Under the pieces are notes generated by a model. It had not been told where the DNA came from. It ran no database searches and saw only the letters and a list, made by a program, of their open reading frames with translations. Of a stretch of DNA of 64,000 nucleotides, positions 1 through 9,458 are shown piece after piece. This stretch comes from an uncultured virus (IMG/VR IMGVR_UViG_3300042364_000900) (lineage: Duplodnaviria; Heunggongvirae; Uroviricota; Caudoviricetes). The DNA is taken from the IMG/VR virus record IMGVR_UViG_3300042364_000900; one strand, written 5' to 3'. Each line of letters opens with the position of its first letter. Position 1 is the stretch's first letter. Both the position numbers and the translations under genes were made by a program.

Positions 1-1167
1 CTCTGCGTCTATCGAGGCTCGTTCCAAACCCCGTGCCCATGCCTCGTTGACCTGAGCTGCATTTACATCTCGATCTTCGGTATGACCGCAATGCTGGCAG
101 ACATGAAGACGCTCAGAAAGCCCTTTGGGAGTGAGTTCCCAACACTTCACACAACGCTGCGTCGGCTTGAGTTCACGAGTGGGAGATTCCACATAGAACC
201 CGCCTGCTTCTCGTTCCTTGTACGCCAACATCTGACCAATCATGCCAAAGCCAACTTCCAGAATTGAGCGGTTCAGCCCAGTCTTCTGAGCTTTTCGCTT
301 GCTCCCCTTTTTGGCTTTGCGGGTCATGCCCTTCACATTCAACTGCTCGCCTCCAACCAGGCTGTTACCGCTGACAATGTTGGAGGTTGTCTTGTGCATC
401 CAATCTTCTCGCTGACGAGTCACTTGGCGCTGTCGCTTTGACACCACCTGGCGCTGTTTCTTCCACCTACGAGAAGCTTTGATTTTCTGCTGATGGTTGG
501 GTGAGCGCTTTCGTCTCAACTGCTTGGACGCTGCCTTGACCTGCCGCTGTCCTGTTTTGATGAACTCAGGTTTAGCAATCTTCTCGCCTGTCGAGAGGGT
601 GATGGCATCTTTACACCCCAAATCGATTCCAATCACTCCTGGCCCGGTTTCCCGCATCGGCTCACAGTTCACGGTGATAGACGCAAACCACTGGCCATTG
701 CGGTAGAGAATCGTGCAAGTGCTTGGCACTCCCCAAGTTCTCGCCTGTCCTCTCATCTGCATTCGGCCCAGATTACTCAGTGTCAAATGACCACAGCCAC
801 CATCGGTTTCAACCTTCCAACCAGATTTAGCCGGATACGTCCAACCAGAGTAGTGGCGGATGGATTTGAATTTTGGGTAGCCACCCAGCCCATTGAAAAA
901 ACGTTGGAAGGCAAAGTCAACCCGTTTGAGAGTCGCTTGCAGTGCCTGGGAACCCAACACTTCGTACTCAGGCCAGACCTGCTTGAACGCTGGCAGGCTG
1001 TTTTGCTGTTCTAGATAATCAACGGAATGCCCATACTTCTGGTACTGCGTTTTGCGGTTGTAGAGTGCGGCGTTGTACAAGTCCTTGTGCATCCGCCGCC
1101 ACTCATGAAGCTGTCGCTCCTGAGTGGCAGTTGGATACAGTCGGAATGTGACACGCCGAATCGCCAC
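1..1167 (-). CDS. tnpB: IS200/IS605 family RNA-guided endonuclease TnpB (3' end runs off the window)
   Basis: Manual translation from GTG at 1167: VAIRRVTFRLYPT..., RuvC motifs IGIDLG / GGEQLNV / DRDVNAA, Zn finger CVKC...CQHC. Absent from the ORF track because there is no stop in the window. Confidence 0.93.
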   Translation of the reverse strand, partial: MAIRRVTFRLYPTATQERQLHEWRRMHKDLYNAALYNRKTQYQKYGHSVDYLEQQNSLPAFKQVWPEYEVLGSQALQATLKRVDFAFQRFFNGLGGYPKFKSIRHYSGWTYPAKSGWKVETDGGCGHLTLSNLGRMQMRGQARTWGVPSTCTILYRNGQWFASITVNCEPMRETGPGVIGIDLGCKDAITLSTGEKIAKPEFIKTGQRQVKAASKQLRRKRSPNHQQKIKASRRWKKQRQVVSKRQRQVTRQREDWMHKTTSNIVSGNSLVGGEQLNVKGMTRKAKKGSKRKAQKTGLNRSILEVGFGMIGQMLAYKEREAGGFYVESPTRELKPTQRCVKCWELTPKGLSERLHVCQHCGHTEDRDVNAAQVNEAWARGLERASIDAE

Positions 1168-1227
1168 TGGTCTTCACCTCACTGCTTGCGTGTACAATCA
1201 GCATAGCACAACTCAGCTTGAATCGAA

Positions 1228-1650
1228 ATGAGTGTAAAACAATTCAGAAAAGCTTCTCATGCTGTCTTTAGCATTCACTTGCACATCGTTTTTGTGACGA
1301 AGTACAGGCGCAAGGTTTTGACCCAAAAGATGCTGGAAGCAATGAAGCCTGTGTTTGAAAGAGTTCTCGAAGCCAATCAGAGTATGCTGACCGAGTTCAA
1401 TGGTGAATCCGACCATGTTCACCTGCTGATTGACCTGCATCCTGACAACAATATTTCAGACCTGGTTGCCTCGTTGAAATCAGCATCAAGCCGAGTAGTG
1501 CGGCAGGAGTTCAAAGCAGAAATTGACAAGGTTTATTCGGGGAAAGCGAAACTGTGGCATGACTCAAAGTGCATTGTTTCTTGTGGCGGTGCCCCACTTG
1601 AGATTGTCAAGGAGTATGTGCGGAGTCAGTCAGGAGGGCGAGAGTCTTGA
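1228..1650 (+). CDS. tnpA: IS200/IS605 Y1 (HUH) transposase TnpA
   Basis: HIVFVTKYRR, HUH motif DHVHLL, LKSASSR, catalytic Tyr helix VKEYVRSQ. Confidence 0.95.
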   Translation: MSVKQFRKASHAVFSIHLHIVFVTKYRRKVLTQKMLEAMKPVFERVLEANQSMLTEFNGESDHVHLLIDLHPDNNISDLVASLKSASSRVVRQEFKAEIDKVYSGKAKLWHDSKCIVSCGGAPLEIVKEYVRSQSGGRES

Positions 1651-1680
1651 TGGGCAATGCCGCTCTGCTCCATTGCCGCG

Positions 1681-2163
1681 CTATCCATCCCCACCGCATC
1701 GGCGGCTGGGGAATTCCGCGAATTGGTTAAATCCTTCCAGATGGAGCCAAATCACCTCCTGGAGCGGCGGCTCCAGAGTGTCGATAGCCTCATACAGTTC
1801 ACTTATCGCGTTGGGCTGAGCGCGACCTTCGATGATGTCCGCCAGGGTAGCGACTTCCCCGATACCAACACGGACATCCAACCGTAGAACCGTTTCAGGT
1901 CGCTTACCACGGGGAGGACGGATCAGGGGAATCCGATCCCGCAGGTAGTGCTGAATTTCCCCCCGAATATACGGGATCGCAAACGAACTGAACGCATTTC
2001 CCAGCTCCGGTCTAAACCGTCGGACAGCCTTCATTAGGCCAATACAGCCAACCTGCTTAAGATCATCCAGTTCAGCAGATTGGCAGAAATCGAGCGCAAC
2101 CATCCGGACTAACCCTAGGTTTGCCAGTACCACCTGTTGTTCCGCCCTAGTGAGCGCCCGCAT
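1681..2163 (-). pseudogene. Phage sigma-70 family (SigF/SigB-like) sigma factor, region 4 truncated by IS insertion
   Basis: Region 2 DDLKQVGCIGLMKAVRRF...FSSFAIPYIRGEIQHYLRD. Region 4 starts (LEPPLQEVIWLHLEGF) and then reads into the IS end sequence before the HTH. Confidence 0.85.
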
Positions 2164-2711
2164 TACTGGCCACCCAGTAGATTAAGTTGCTCTGACCCAC
2201 GCTTCGCTGCCGCCAACCGCTTCCGCAGAGCTGCGGTCGCTTTCTTGTGGCATGGTGTACAGAGGGTGCGGAGATTATCGAGACCACACTCACCGCCACC
2301 TTCCGCCACCGGAATAATGTGATCTGCCTGCCAAAACCTGCCCGATTGCGGAGAGTACCCGTCCAGGGAAAACCCCTCTTGATTTAGGCGGGCTATCGCT
2401 TCCTTATAGGATTTCCAGTCGCTTTTCCGCTGGAGTTCTCGGACTTCTCGGTAGAGGGCCTCACAGTCCCGGCCACACTCAGTACAGATACCTTTGTCAC
2501 GCTGCTGCACCACTGCCCGTAGGTAGCCTGGATCAGACCGCAGCCTCCATTCGTGGACGCAATTGTCTGAGAAAAAAGTTCGCCTGGGGGGTGATACTTC
2601 CATCCCGCACCCACAGCGACAAATCAGCCGACCGTTGGGACCGCGTGGGTAGCGATCGCTCCGGTGGCTGATGAATCCGGCCTTAGGGGTAGTGCGGTTT
2701 TTGGATGGCAT
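2163..2711 (-). CDS. HNH endonuclease
   Basis: CTECG...WQADHIIPVAEGGGECGLDNLRTLCTPCH. Start placed at ATG 2711, 3 nt after the upstream stop (track start 2744). Confidence 0.88.
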   Translation of the reverse strand: MPSKNRTTPKAGFISHRSDRYPRGPNGRLICRCGCGMEVSPPRRTFFSDNCVHEWRLRSDPGYLRAVVQQRDKGICTECGRDCEALYREVRELQRKSDWKSYKEAIARLNQEGFSLDGYSPQSGRFWQADHIIPVAEGGGECGLDNLRTLCTPCHKKATAALRKRLAAAKRGSEQLNLLGGQ

Positions 2712-2713
2712 GA

Positions 2714-3256
2714 CTATTGGGCAACAGGTAAGTTTGACCCCCATCCCCGCTGACGAGCGATCATCAACGCCAAAGAGATGTTGACTGAATCAGCAAAGTC
2801 CAGCAGGGAGACATCCGGGACTTCGTAACCGTTTTGCGCCAGGGCCTCCACCAGAACCATCCGGGATGCTTCCGTGAGGCGACGATTACCCACGGGGCAT
2901 TCCCATTCGAGCACCTGGGCGTGGCCACTCTGGAACAGGTATTGGGCGATCTCCATGACGACGGTTCCATTGTTTCGCGCAACGGTTACGAGTTCCCCGG
3001 TTTCGCAGAATCGCAGCCAGCGATCGAGCGATTCTTGATCGCGCCAGAACCGAATAGGCTCTGGCTGGCGGTTGACAAAATTGACCGGGAGTCTAGAATC
3101 TCGATACCAATTTATATTTCGATCGTAATCCCCAATCATCCTTTCAAACACTTCCTTGAATTCAATCTGCACCGTGATGGCGATCAGGGGGGCGGCAGGA
3201 GCGGCTTGATTAACCTGCTGAATCTCCTGTTTCAGTTGGGCCAATAGATCCGACAT
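2714..3256 (-). CDS. hypothetical protein
   Basis: 180-aa ORF in a tightly packed minus-strand operon. Confidence 0.7.
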   Translation of the reverse strand: MSDLLAQLKQEIQQVNQAAPAAPLIAITVQIEFKEVFERMIGDYDRNINWYRDSRLPVNFVNRQPEPIRFWRDQESLDRWLRFCETGELVTVARNNGTVVMEIAQYLFQSGHAQVLEWECPVGNRRLTEASRMVLVEALAQNGYEVPDVSLLDFADSVNISLALMIARQRGWGSNLPVAQ

Positions 3257-3276
3257 AGTGAATCCTCTGTGTAACG

Positions 3277-3798
3277 TTACCCGTCAACATCAAGCGTTTC
3301 GACTCCCCGGACTTGCCGGAACTCGTCCATCAGCATCTCAACCACCTCCGTCTCCTGTTGGAGTTCCTCCAACAGGAATCCCGCCAAAACAGCCTCTGCC
3401 TCAACCCCAAACGCTGCATCCACCAGGAAACTGGCCTGCTTTCGCGCTTCGTCAGGGGTAACGCGATTCCCGCCCCCCAGGTTGATCGTGACGCTGGGGA
3501 TTTTGGCAGCGTCACGCTTAAGCCGCAGCATCACGACAAGCTGCCCCGCCTGGTGGAGCGAAAATCCCAATCTCTGGGTTGCCCATCGGATTATGCAGGA
3601 GTCAATTTCAGCAGCGGCGATCGACTGCAATACAGCCTCAGCATGTTCCCGTGCCTGTTGGGGCGTCAGCAACGCCCGCTGGCCACCCCACTGCATCTGA
3701 ACAGCCGGTTCCATCGTGCGGGACGGCACGATGGAACCGACCCAAATGGTGTTGTCCCCTGACTTCCCGAACTCTTTATTGCGTGATTTCTTACCCAT
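3277..3798 (-). CDS. hypothetical protein with internal duplication
   Basis: 173 aa, overlaps the upstream stop. Two similar halves (LTPQQAREHA..L..AAAEID / VTPDEARKQA..L..AFGVEAE). Confidence 0.7.
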   Translation of the reverse strand: MGKKSRNKEFGKSGDNTIWVGSIVPSRTMEPAVQMQWGGQRALLTPQQAREHAEAVLQSIAAAEIDSCIIRWATQRLGFSLHQAGQLVVMLRLKRDAAKIPSVTINLGGGNRVTPDEARKQASFLVDAAFGVEAEAVLAGFLLEELQQETEVVEMLMDEFRQVRGVETLDVDG

Positions 3799-4546
3799 AG
3801 GTCGCAGCCTCCAGCTCGTTAAATGCTTCGCGAAGTCGTTTTTTAGACGTTGCCTCTAGATCCAGCCACTCTCGCGGGATACTCCAGCGCACAAAGCGGT
3901 TCTGGAGTGGGTCAAAAACCCGTCGCAGTGGCACAAAATACCTGATCAGTGGTCGCTCCTCTTGCAGTCGATCGCTTGAGTGGCGGCTCTTTCGGTCGGA
4001 CACGACCACCTGGCTGAACGCAAAGTTTGATGCCTGATACACGATCCCCTTGTGGCCCCAGTCATAATCGGCATACGAGATGAGTAGCCGCAGGTTGTAC
4101 GGGAGATGTGGGAACGGGGGGGGATGATGTTCGAGCCAATCCTGGTTGACCCGTTTCACAATCTGGGCGATCGCGCATGACGCGACACACAGGGAGTGCT
4201 CATTCCCATTGCTGTCGATAATGGTCTTGTTTTGAAATGCTGGGTCAATCCAGAGGCGGCTGATCAGCAATATCTGCCACTGGGTGGGGAGTCCGGGGTA
4301 GCCGAACAGCCCCTTTGCCTTGGTGAAATGCGGCAGCGCCAGGATTACAACGCCGATGACTTGCCCATCCGTCGCGTGGATCGAATAGCTAAATGGGCAC
4401 GCCAGACTGCTGACGGGCGTATGAAGGTAATGGAATCTCTGAATCCAATCGTTTGCCCAGCGTAGATCGCAACGCTCGACGTAGAAAGCTGTCGAGTGTT
4501 GCTCGTGCCAGGAAATCGGCAATTGGAAGAATAGTGGAGATGCCAT
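3791..4546 (-). CDS. Mom-like (GNAT-fold) DNA adenine modification protein
   Basis: ANDWIQRFHYLH, ISRLWID, ASCAIA, LISYAD..GHKGIVYQASNF match the Mu Mom family pattern. Confidence 0.72.
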   Translation of the reverse strand: MASPLFFQLPISWHEQHSTAFYVERCDLRWANDWIQRFHYLHTPVSSLACPFSYSIHATDGQVIGVVILALPHFTKAKGLFGYPGLPTQWQILLISRLWIDPAFQNKTIIDSNGNEHSLCVASCAIAQIVKRVNQDWLEHHPPPFPHLPYNLRLLISYADYDWGHKGIVYQASNFAFSQVVVSDRKSRHSSDRLQEERPLIRYFVPLRRVFDPLQNRFVRWSIPREWLDLEATSKKRLREAFNELEAATYG

Positions 4547-4549
4547 GCC

Positions 4550-5338
4550 TCACTCCATATCGAAGGCAACCGCGTAGATAGCTTCTTCGTACTGATGATC
4601 ACCGGAGACGAAATAGAAGCGATCGCGATACCGAATCACCCCCGGCAATCCACCATCTGGGTCCCTCGGGACCAGAACGTTAGAGAAGGAAGTGCCAGCA
4701 AGATTTGTCAGGCGAACGAGATCGCCACTTGAAATATCGTCCACACTTAAGAATGTGGACTCCAGGTATTCAACGGCGTCAATCTCCTGGTACTGCGCCG
4801 AAACGCTGAAGAAAATCCGCTTTCGCCAGACCAGCGTTGGGGGCGGCTGGAGGGTTGGCAACACCCCAACGTTTAACTGAACACCGCCCAACGTCTGAAT
4901 CACGCAGCATCGGAGACGACCGATATCCCGGACGATCGGCAGCACAATATTGCCGGAGGGTTTAGGCGTCGCTACACAGTCCAACCGCATAGCCTGAATA
5001 GTCTCGACTGGCTCATCATTCAGGATCAGATGTGCATTAACGTGGACCTCAACCCCGACAGCATCGGCGCACTGTTGGGCGATCGACTGAATCATTCCCT
5101 CCATGTCCCGAATGACGACCGCACCAGAATGGGGACACTTCTGTCCCCCGACAAAGGAATCAATCAACTCCTTCAGGCTGTAAACCTCCAGGTGCTTGGC
5201 GGCGGGTCGGTAGTGAATCCGAATAAAGCTGCCGGATCGAGGGTTCTTGCTCACGGGACAGCAGCTTGGCAATTGCAATTCGTGCTCTTGTTGCGTCGCT
5301 ACCGCTGGGTAGTGGTTCGGCATTGTATTGAGCATCAT
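4550..5338 (-). CDS. QueF-like T-fold protein with an extra C-terminal domain
   Basis: LPSCCPVSKNP...IRIHYRP...LEVYSLKELIDSF resembles the QueF motif CPxTxxPD...IxYxP...ExKSLKxYxxSF. Confidence 0.6.
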   Translation of the reverse strand: MMLNTMPNHYPAVATQQEHELQLPSCCPVSKNPRSGSFIRIHYRPAAKHLEVYSLKELIDSFVGGQKCPHSGAVVIRDMEGMIQSIAQQCADAVGVEVHVNAHLILNDEPVETIQAMRLDCVATPKPSGNIVLPIVRDIGRLRCCVIQTLGGVQLNVGVLPTLQPPPTLVWRKRIFFSVSAQYQEIDAVEYLESTFLSVDDISSGDLVRLTNLAGTSFSNVLVPRDPDGGLPGVIRYRDRFYFVSGDHQYEEAIYAVAFDME

Positions 5339-5853
5339 TACGCGGTCTCCCGTTCTAATGTTTTTCGATCCCCCGGAACCCCGAAGAATGGTTGTTCTGG
5401 TTGAGCAATCTCAGCCCGAAACTCTTCAAACTGAGTCATGATCCGACGGTAAACCTGCGGGCTGACATGTTCGCCCACAATGTCTTCCAGGAACTTGACC
5501 AGTTGCTCGCCAACGTCAAGACTCTGCTCCAGTTGCTCGATCTGCGTCCTGAGGCGAGCGATTTTCTTCTCGTAGTGATCAGCTGGTTGCTTGTCGAGTC
5601 CAGGGGTTTGGCTACGTCGAACCAGTTCCTGTTTTGTTCTGCTGATCAAACAGGAGATACGAGCATATTCACGCTGGAGTGAATCAAGATCAGAATTTTG
5701 CTTCTGAGGCCGTCTCCGCAAGTTGTGTAGCCTCTGGAATATCCTGGTCGCTTTGATAGACGCCCTATATTTCAGGTCGCGCAATTCATCAAACGCCAGA
5801 TTCTTGAAGACGATTGGTTTGTCAGTATCTGGGTCGAGGTATTGAGTCTTCAT
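5338..5853 (-). CDS. hypothetical coiled-coil protein
   Basis: Heptad-rich ORF. Start placed at MKTQY to avoid overlap with the upstream gene. Confidence 0.65.
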   Translation of the reverse strand: MKTQYLDPDTDKPIVFKNLAFDELRDLKYRASIKATRIFQRLHNLRRRPQKQNSDLDSLQREYARISCLISRTKQELVRRSQTPGLDKQPADHYEKKIARLRTQIEQLEQSLDVGEQLVKFLEDIVGEHVSPQVYRRIMTQFEEFRAEIAQPEQPFFGVPGDRKTLERETA

Positions 5854-5891
5854 CTGTAGACCGGGCAATCGCCCGGGGGTTGATTTACAGG

Positions 5892-6308
5892 TTATGGCAG
5901 CAGCTTCAGTTGACCTGGGCATTCTGCTTCTGGCGGCGATTCTGGCGCTGGCCACTGTGCCGCCAGGTCCTTGCCGATGTCTTCAGCGTCCCGAATCCCT
6001 TCAGCCCGGTAGCGCTCCAGAGCCATGAAAATCGAGTCGATTTGTTCTGGGTCAATGGGGCGATCGCGGTCATGGCCAATCTCATCCAGGTAAAGCCCCA
6101 AGACATCAACCAACCCGCCGATCATCTCGCCGTAACATTCCAGCGCCGCCCGCCAGATCGCTTGCTCTGGAGAAACAACATCATCGATCACGACAGCGAA
6201 TGTTTCTTCTTCAGGGCGCATCTGATGTTCCACTGGAACACCCTTTCCTCTCTCGACCTGCACGGCCCTCACGGCACCGTTTTTTGCACGAAAAACCACA
6301 CAGTCCAT
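5892..6308 (-). CDS. hypothetical protein
   Basis: 138-aa acidic ORF with an upstream GGAG RBS. Confidence 0.7.
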   Translation of the reverse strand: MDCVVFRAKNGAVRAVQVERGKGVPVEHQMRPEEETFAVVIDDVVSPEQAIWRAALECYGEMIGGLVDVLGLYLDEIGHDRDRPIDPEQIDSIFMALERYRAEGIRDAEDIGKDLAAQWPAPESPPEAECPGQLKLLP

Positions 6309-6317
6309 GACGACTCC

Positions 6318-8114
6318 TTAACTCGCTAACGATTCAAAAACTGCTCGACCAATCATTTCTGCCACTGGAGGCGTGACAGCATTGCCCGCCTGTTTGAACT
6401 GCTCCTCCTGGGTGCCCAGGAGGATGTAATCAACCGGGAATCCCATCAGCCATTTCGCCTCGTGGGCCTGGAGCATCCGGTACCCACATTCCTCCACCAA
6501 GGCATTCCAGTTCGGTTCCACCAGACAATGCCCTTGGGTGGTTCGCATCGTTGGGGATGGCTGCGACACCTCAGCAGCTCCCCCGTTGCCGTTGTAGTTA
6601 CACAGGAACGGATCTGGCGTTGACTCAACCACCCCAAACTGGTTGTTGGTGGCGATCGTCCAGGCAGGTTCATCACAGGACTGCACCGCATCCCGGCCCC
6701 CGTGATAGGCCGCGAGGAACGGAACCGTCGTGATCGCATTCCCGCGCCAGGTCGTCTGGGTGGGGGCGGGCAAATCAATCGAAACAGAGCGCTCACGACC
6801 TTCTTCAAAATGACCGTTCTGCACCATGAACGCCGGAGGTTCAATTAGCGACAGATTCCGCCCAGTCGTCACGGTGGCGGAAGGATCTTGAATATCGGTC
6901 GGAAGCGTATTGGCTCGCGCCACATCCAGGAAGGCACCTGGTTGCAACAGCGACATCTGGGGGCCGCCCGACAACACTGTATGGGTTGGTTCATCAACAC
7001 TGGTGGGCACGTTCCAGGTACGCCCTGCATCAATGAAGGGCTGAGCGATATACAGCTTGGCCGAAGTGGTTTGGGTAGGACTCGGTTCATCTACTGAAGG
7101 CACCCGGTCATACTGTGGGTCTGTGCTGTAGCCTCGGTGGACAAAAAACGGCGGCATCGCGATCGCCATCTCCCGCTTGGTTGTCTGGGTCGGCATCGGC
7201 GAATCAGTCGTGTAGACCCGTCCAGGTTCACTCCAGTGACCCTGATGCACCAAATACGGCACCACAAGCCGCTCCAGCCCTACTCTAATGCGCCGCAGCG
7301 TGTTTTCTGACAGCGGCCTCAATCCTCTGGCAGCGCGATCGCCAATCCGCACCGTCGGGATGCTCCAGTCAATTGCTTCGCGTGCAGGCCGTCGATACGG
7401 AACGACCTCAACGCCGCATTGAGGACAAACGTAGATGTACTGGTTTCGTTTGCCATATTTTCCCCGACGCTTCATAGGGTTTTTCCATGCCTGGACAGCA
7501 AAAATCTCGCCATGCTCACGACATCGGGCAGGAGGACAAAAGTTCAAGTTCGGGGCACGGTTGCCTTTCCGCCAGAAGACGATATAGATACGATCGCGGC
7601 TCTGGGGAACTCCTGCAAACATGGAGTTGAAATAAATCTCCTGGTGGTTGTACCCCAGCTTGTCCATCGCGGCCAGCCAGTTATCGTATAGCTCCCAGTC
7701 CAGTGCAAATTCAACGACGTTTTCGACCATTACGGCTTCGTAGCGGTGGTACTCGGCAAAATCCACCACCTGCCACGCAGTCATCCGGCTACGTTCTGCT
7801 GCTGGGTCAGGTTGCTTCTGATCTAGCAGCAGATTGAGTTGGTTTCGATTTTTTCGCTTACGCCCACCTGAGGGCGAATGATGCGTACAAGAAGGTGAAA
7901 ACCATGCCACCGTGGTGCGGGGGAAATTGAATGGTCTTTCCTGGTGCAAATCCACGCAACTGTGATCCACCTCGGGATGGTTGGTATTGTGGGTTTCGAT
8001 CGCCCTAGCCCAATGGTTAGCCGCATGAGTCACCTCAATGCCTGCGGCCTTTAAGCCTGTTGTGCTGCCACCAGCGCCACAGAAGTTATCAATACAGGTA
8101 ATTCCGCTAATCAT
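6318..8114 (-). CDS. dcm: DNA cytosine-C5 methyltransferase, phage type with a repeat-expanded variable region
   Basis: Motif I DNFCGAGG, IV SPSC, VI VENV, VIII QSRDR, IX RML..HEA..MGFP, X GNAV. Start at MISG. Confidence 0.93.
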   Translation of the reverse strand: MISGITCIDNFCGAGGSTTGLKAAGIEVTHAANHWARAIETHNTNHPEVDHSCVDLHQERPFNFPRTTVAWFSPSCTHHSPSGGRKRKNRNQLNLLLDQKQPDPAAERSRMTAWQVVDFAEYHRYEAVMVENVVEFALDWELYDNWLAAMDKLGYNHQEIYFNSMFAGVPQSRDRIYIVFWRKGNRAPNLNFCPPARCREHGEIFAVQAWKNPMKRRGKYGKRNQYIYVCPQCGVEVVPYRRPAREAIDWSIPTVRIGDRAARGLRPLSENTLRRIRVGLERLVVPYLVHQGHWSEPGRVYTTDSPMPTQTTKREMAIAMPPFFVHRGYSTDPQYDRVPSVDEPSPTQTTSAKLYIAQPFIDAGRTWNVPTSVDEPTHTVLSGGPQMSLLQPGAFLDVARANTLPTDIQDPSATVTTGRNLSLIEPPAFMVQNGHFEEGRERSVSIDLPAPTQTTWRGNAITTVPFLAAYHGGRDAVQSCDEPAWTIATNNQFGVVESTPDPFLCNYNGNGGAAEVSQPSPTMRTTQGHCLVEPNWNALVEECGYRMLQAHEAKWLMGFPVDYILLGTQEEQFKQAGNAVTPPVAEMIGRAVFESLAS

Positions 8115-8502
8115 TTCTACCCCTAAAATCTGAGCATTTGTGCCAGCCCTCTGGGCCATCAGGATGAACAGCACAGTGCAGCGCGATCGCATCATCGCGG
8201 TTTAGATATCGGCATTTTCGACAGACAGGAGCTACCTGTCGGATTTTTTTGAGAACCCAGGCGAAGAAGCAGGCCAACGAGATAACTCCTGCCGCCGCGA
8301 TCGCCAGTAGGCACACAACAGACTGGAACTGAGAGACAATCTCAACCACAACATCGCTGAACAGCATTGAGGACAAAATGCGGAGCGCCCAGTAACAGAC
8401 ACAAATCAGCAGCGCCATGAGGCAGCAAAAGAACAAGACAACACCCTGTTCCATCCACATTTTCAAGAGAGCGATTAAACGAGGTTGATTTTTGTACATC
8501 AA
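8107..8502 (-). CDS. membrane protein with C-terminal Cys/His-rich (DUF6464-like) domain
   Basis: Two hydrophobic segments, then CRKCRY...CAVHPDGP...CSDF. Confidence 0.7.
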   Translation of the reverse strand: MMYKNQPRLIALLKMWMEQGVVLFFCCLMALLICVCYWALRILSSMLFSDVVVEIVSQFQSVVCLLAIAAAGVISLACFFAWVLKKIRQVAPVCRKCRYLNRDDAIALHCAVHPDGPEGWHKCSDFRGRND

Positions 8503-8515
8503 TCAGACTCCTGGG

Positions 8516-8812
8516 TTACCTAAGTCTCCGGAACAACGCGAATGGCGATCGCGTACCCCGGTGATAATCAGCAATTCGCCGGAGGCAGCGCAGCAGTAAA
8601 ACGTCCAGGACAGCCCCGACAAACGAGGCGATCAACAACCAAAACGCTGTATAGGGCAATTCGGTTGGCACTTGCGTCGATGGAGCCATGAGCAAAAGCA
8701 CCCAACAAAAAGTCAACACCGCCAGCAGGGCGAACATGACCCGCCAGAATATACACGTCAGGCAATGTGCCAGGACCAACAGCCTGATGATTAAGAGCGA
8801 AGGTTTCCGCAT
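8516..8812 (-). CDS. small membrane protein
   Basis: 2-3 hydrophobic segments. ATG at 8812 abuts the upstream stop. Confidence 0.55.
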   Translation of the reverse strand: MRKPSLLIIRLLVLAHCLTCIFWRVMFALLAVLTFCWVLLLMAPSTQVPTELPYTAFWLLIASFVGAVLDVLLLRCLRRIADYHRGTRSPFALFRRLR

Positions 8813-8813
8813 A

Positions 8814-9458
8814 TTAAAAGTCCGTCCCGTCCCAAGGTTCTTCGGCAGGAGACTGGCCCAGCGCTTCCGCCAGGGTCTCTCCTTTTGCAAATTCGTGATT
8901 AGGTTGTCCCGGCAGCACGCGCCGGAGCCGCCCGTCGTATCCCATCCGGCAGCCAACCTGCTCTAGCCCCTCAACCAGACTGCCACGCCACTCCAACGGG
9001 CTTTCTTTGCTGGATACAGGGTTCAGGCCCAATCCCCCAAAAACCCGTCTGAGGCGATGAAGTGAATCGTATGCCGCATTCCGGGTACTGGCCTGTCCTA
9101 ACCAATCTTCTACAGTGCAGAACGTTTCTGCCGCGACCAACAGGGCAAACCGCAGAATTTCTATATCGTCGAGCTGGGCGATCGCCTCTTGGGCAGCCGC
9201 CATCCCTTGGAGCTTTGGGACACCATACTGGAGCCGCAAAGCTACTTGAACGCGCCAATCATCCTGGAGCTGTCTCACCCTGGCGGCATCAACACTCGGT
9301 AGGTGTGTCGTAACCGCAATAGCCCCTTGAGATAGCTTATGTCGGTATAGATCTATGGCGATCGCCGCATCTTCCGCCTGGACATAGACAGCATCGCCTT
9401 GGCACCAGTAACCACCGTTGCCATGTTGCTGTTGGATCTGCTCGTAAGGGTCTAACAT
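8814..9458 (-). CDS. hypothetical protein
   Basis: ORF in operon; start MLDPY overlaps the upstream stop. Confidence 0.65.
   Translation of the reverse strand: MLDPYEQIQQQHGNGGYWCQGDAVYVQAEDAAIAIDLYRHKLSQGAIAVTTHLPSVDAARVRQLQDDWRVQVALRLQYGVPKLQGMAAAQEAIAQLDDIEILRFALLVAAETFCTVEDWLGQASTRNAAYDSLHRLRRVFGGLGLNPVSSKESPLEWRGSLVEGLEQVGCRMGYDGRLRRVLPGQPNHEFAKGETLAEALGQSPAEEPWDGTDF

Larger units (their letters stand above)
1..1725 (-). mobile_element. IS605-group element with divergent tnpA/tnpB, left end near 1725
   Basis: Subterminal hairpins at 1653-1720 (CCCCACCGC...GCGGCTGGGG) next to TTAAC on the minus strand. It interrupts the sigma gene; the exact junction is uncertain by a few bases. Confidence 0.85.

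Noticed and set aside
1..1167. TnpB proteins as Cas12 effectors for the mini-array
   Set aside because: Both sit inside IS ends 10-50 kb from the array, and the repeat is type I-E-like.
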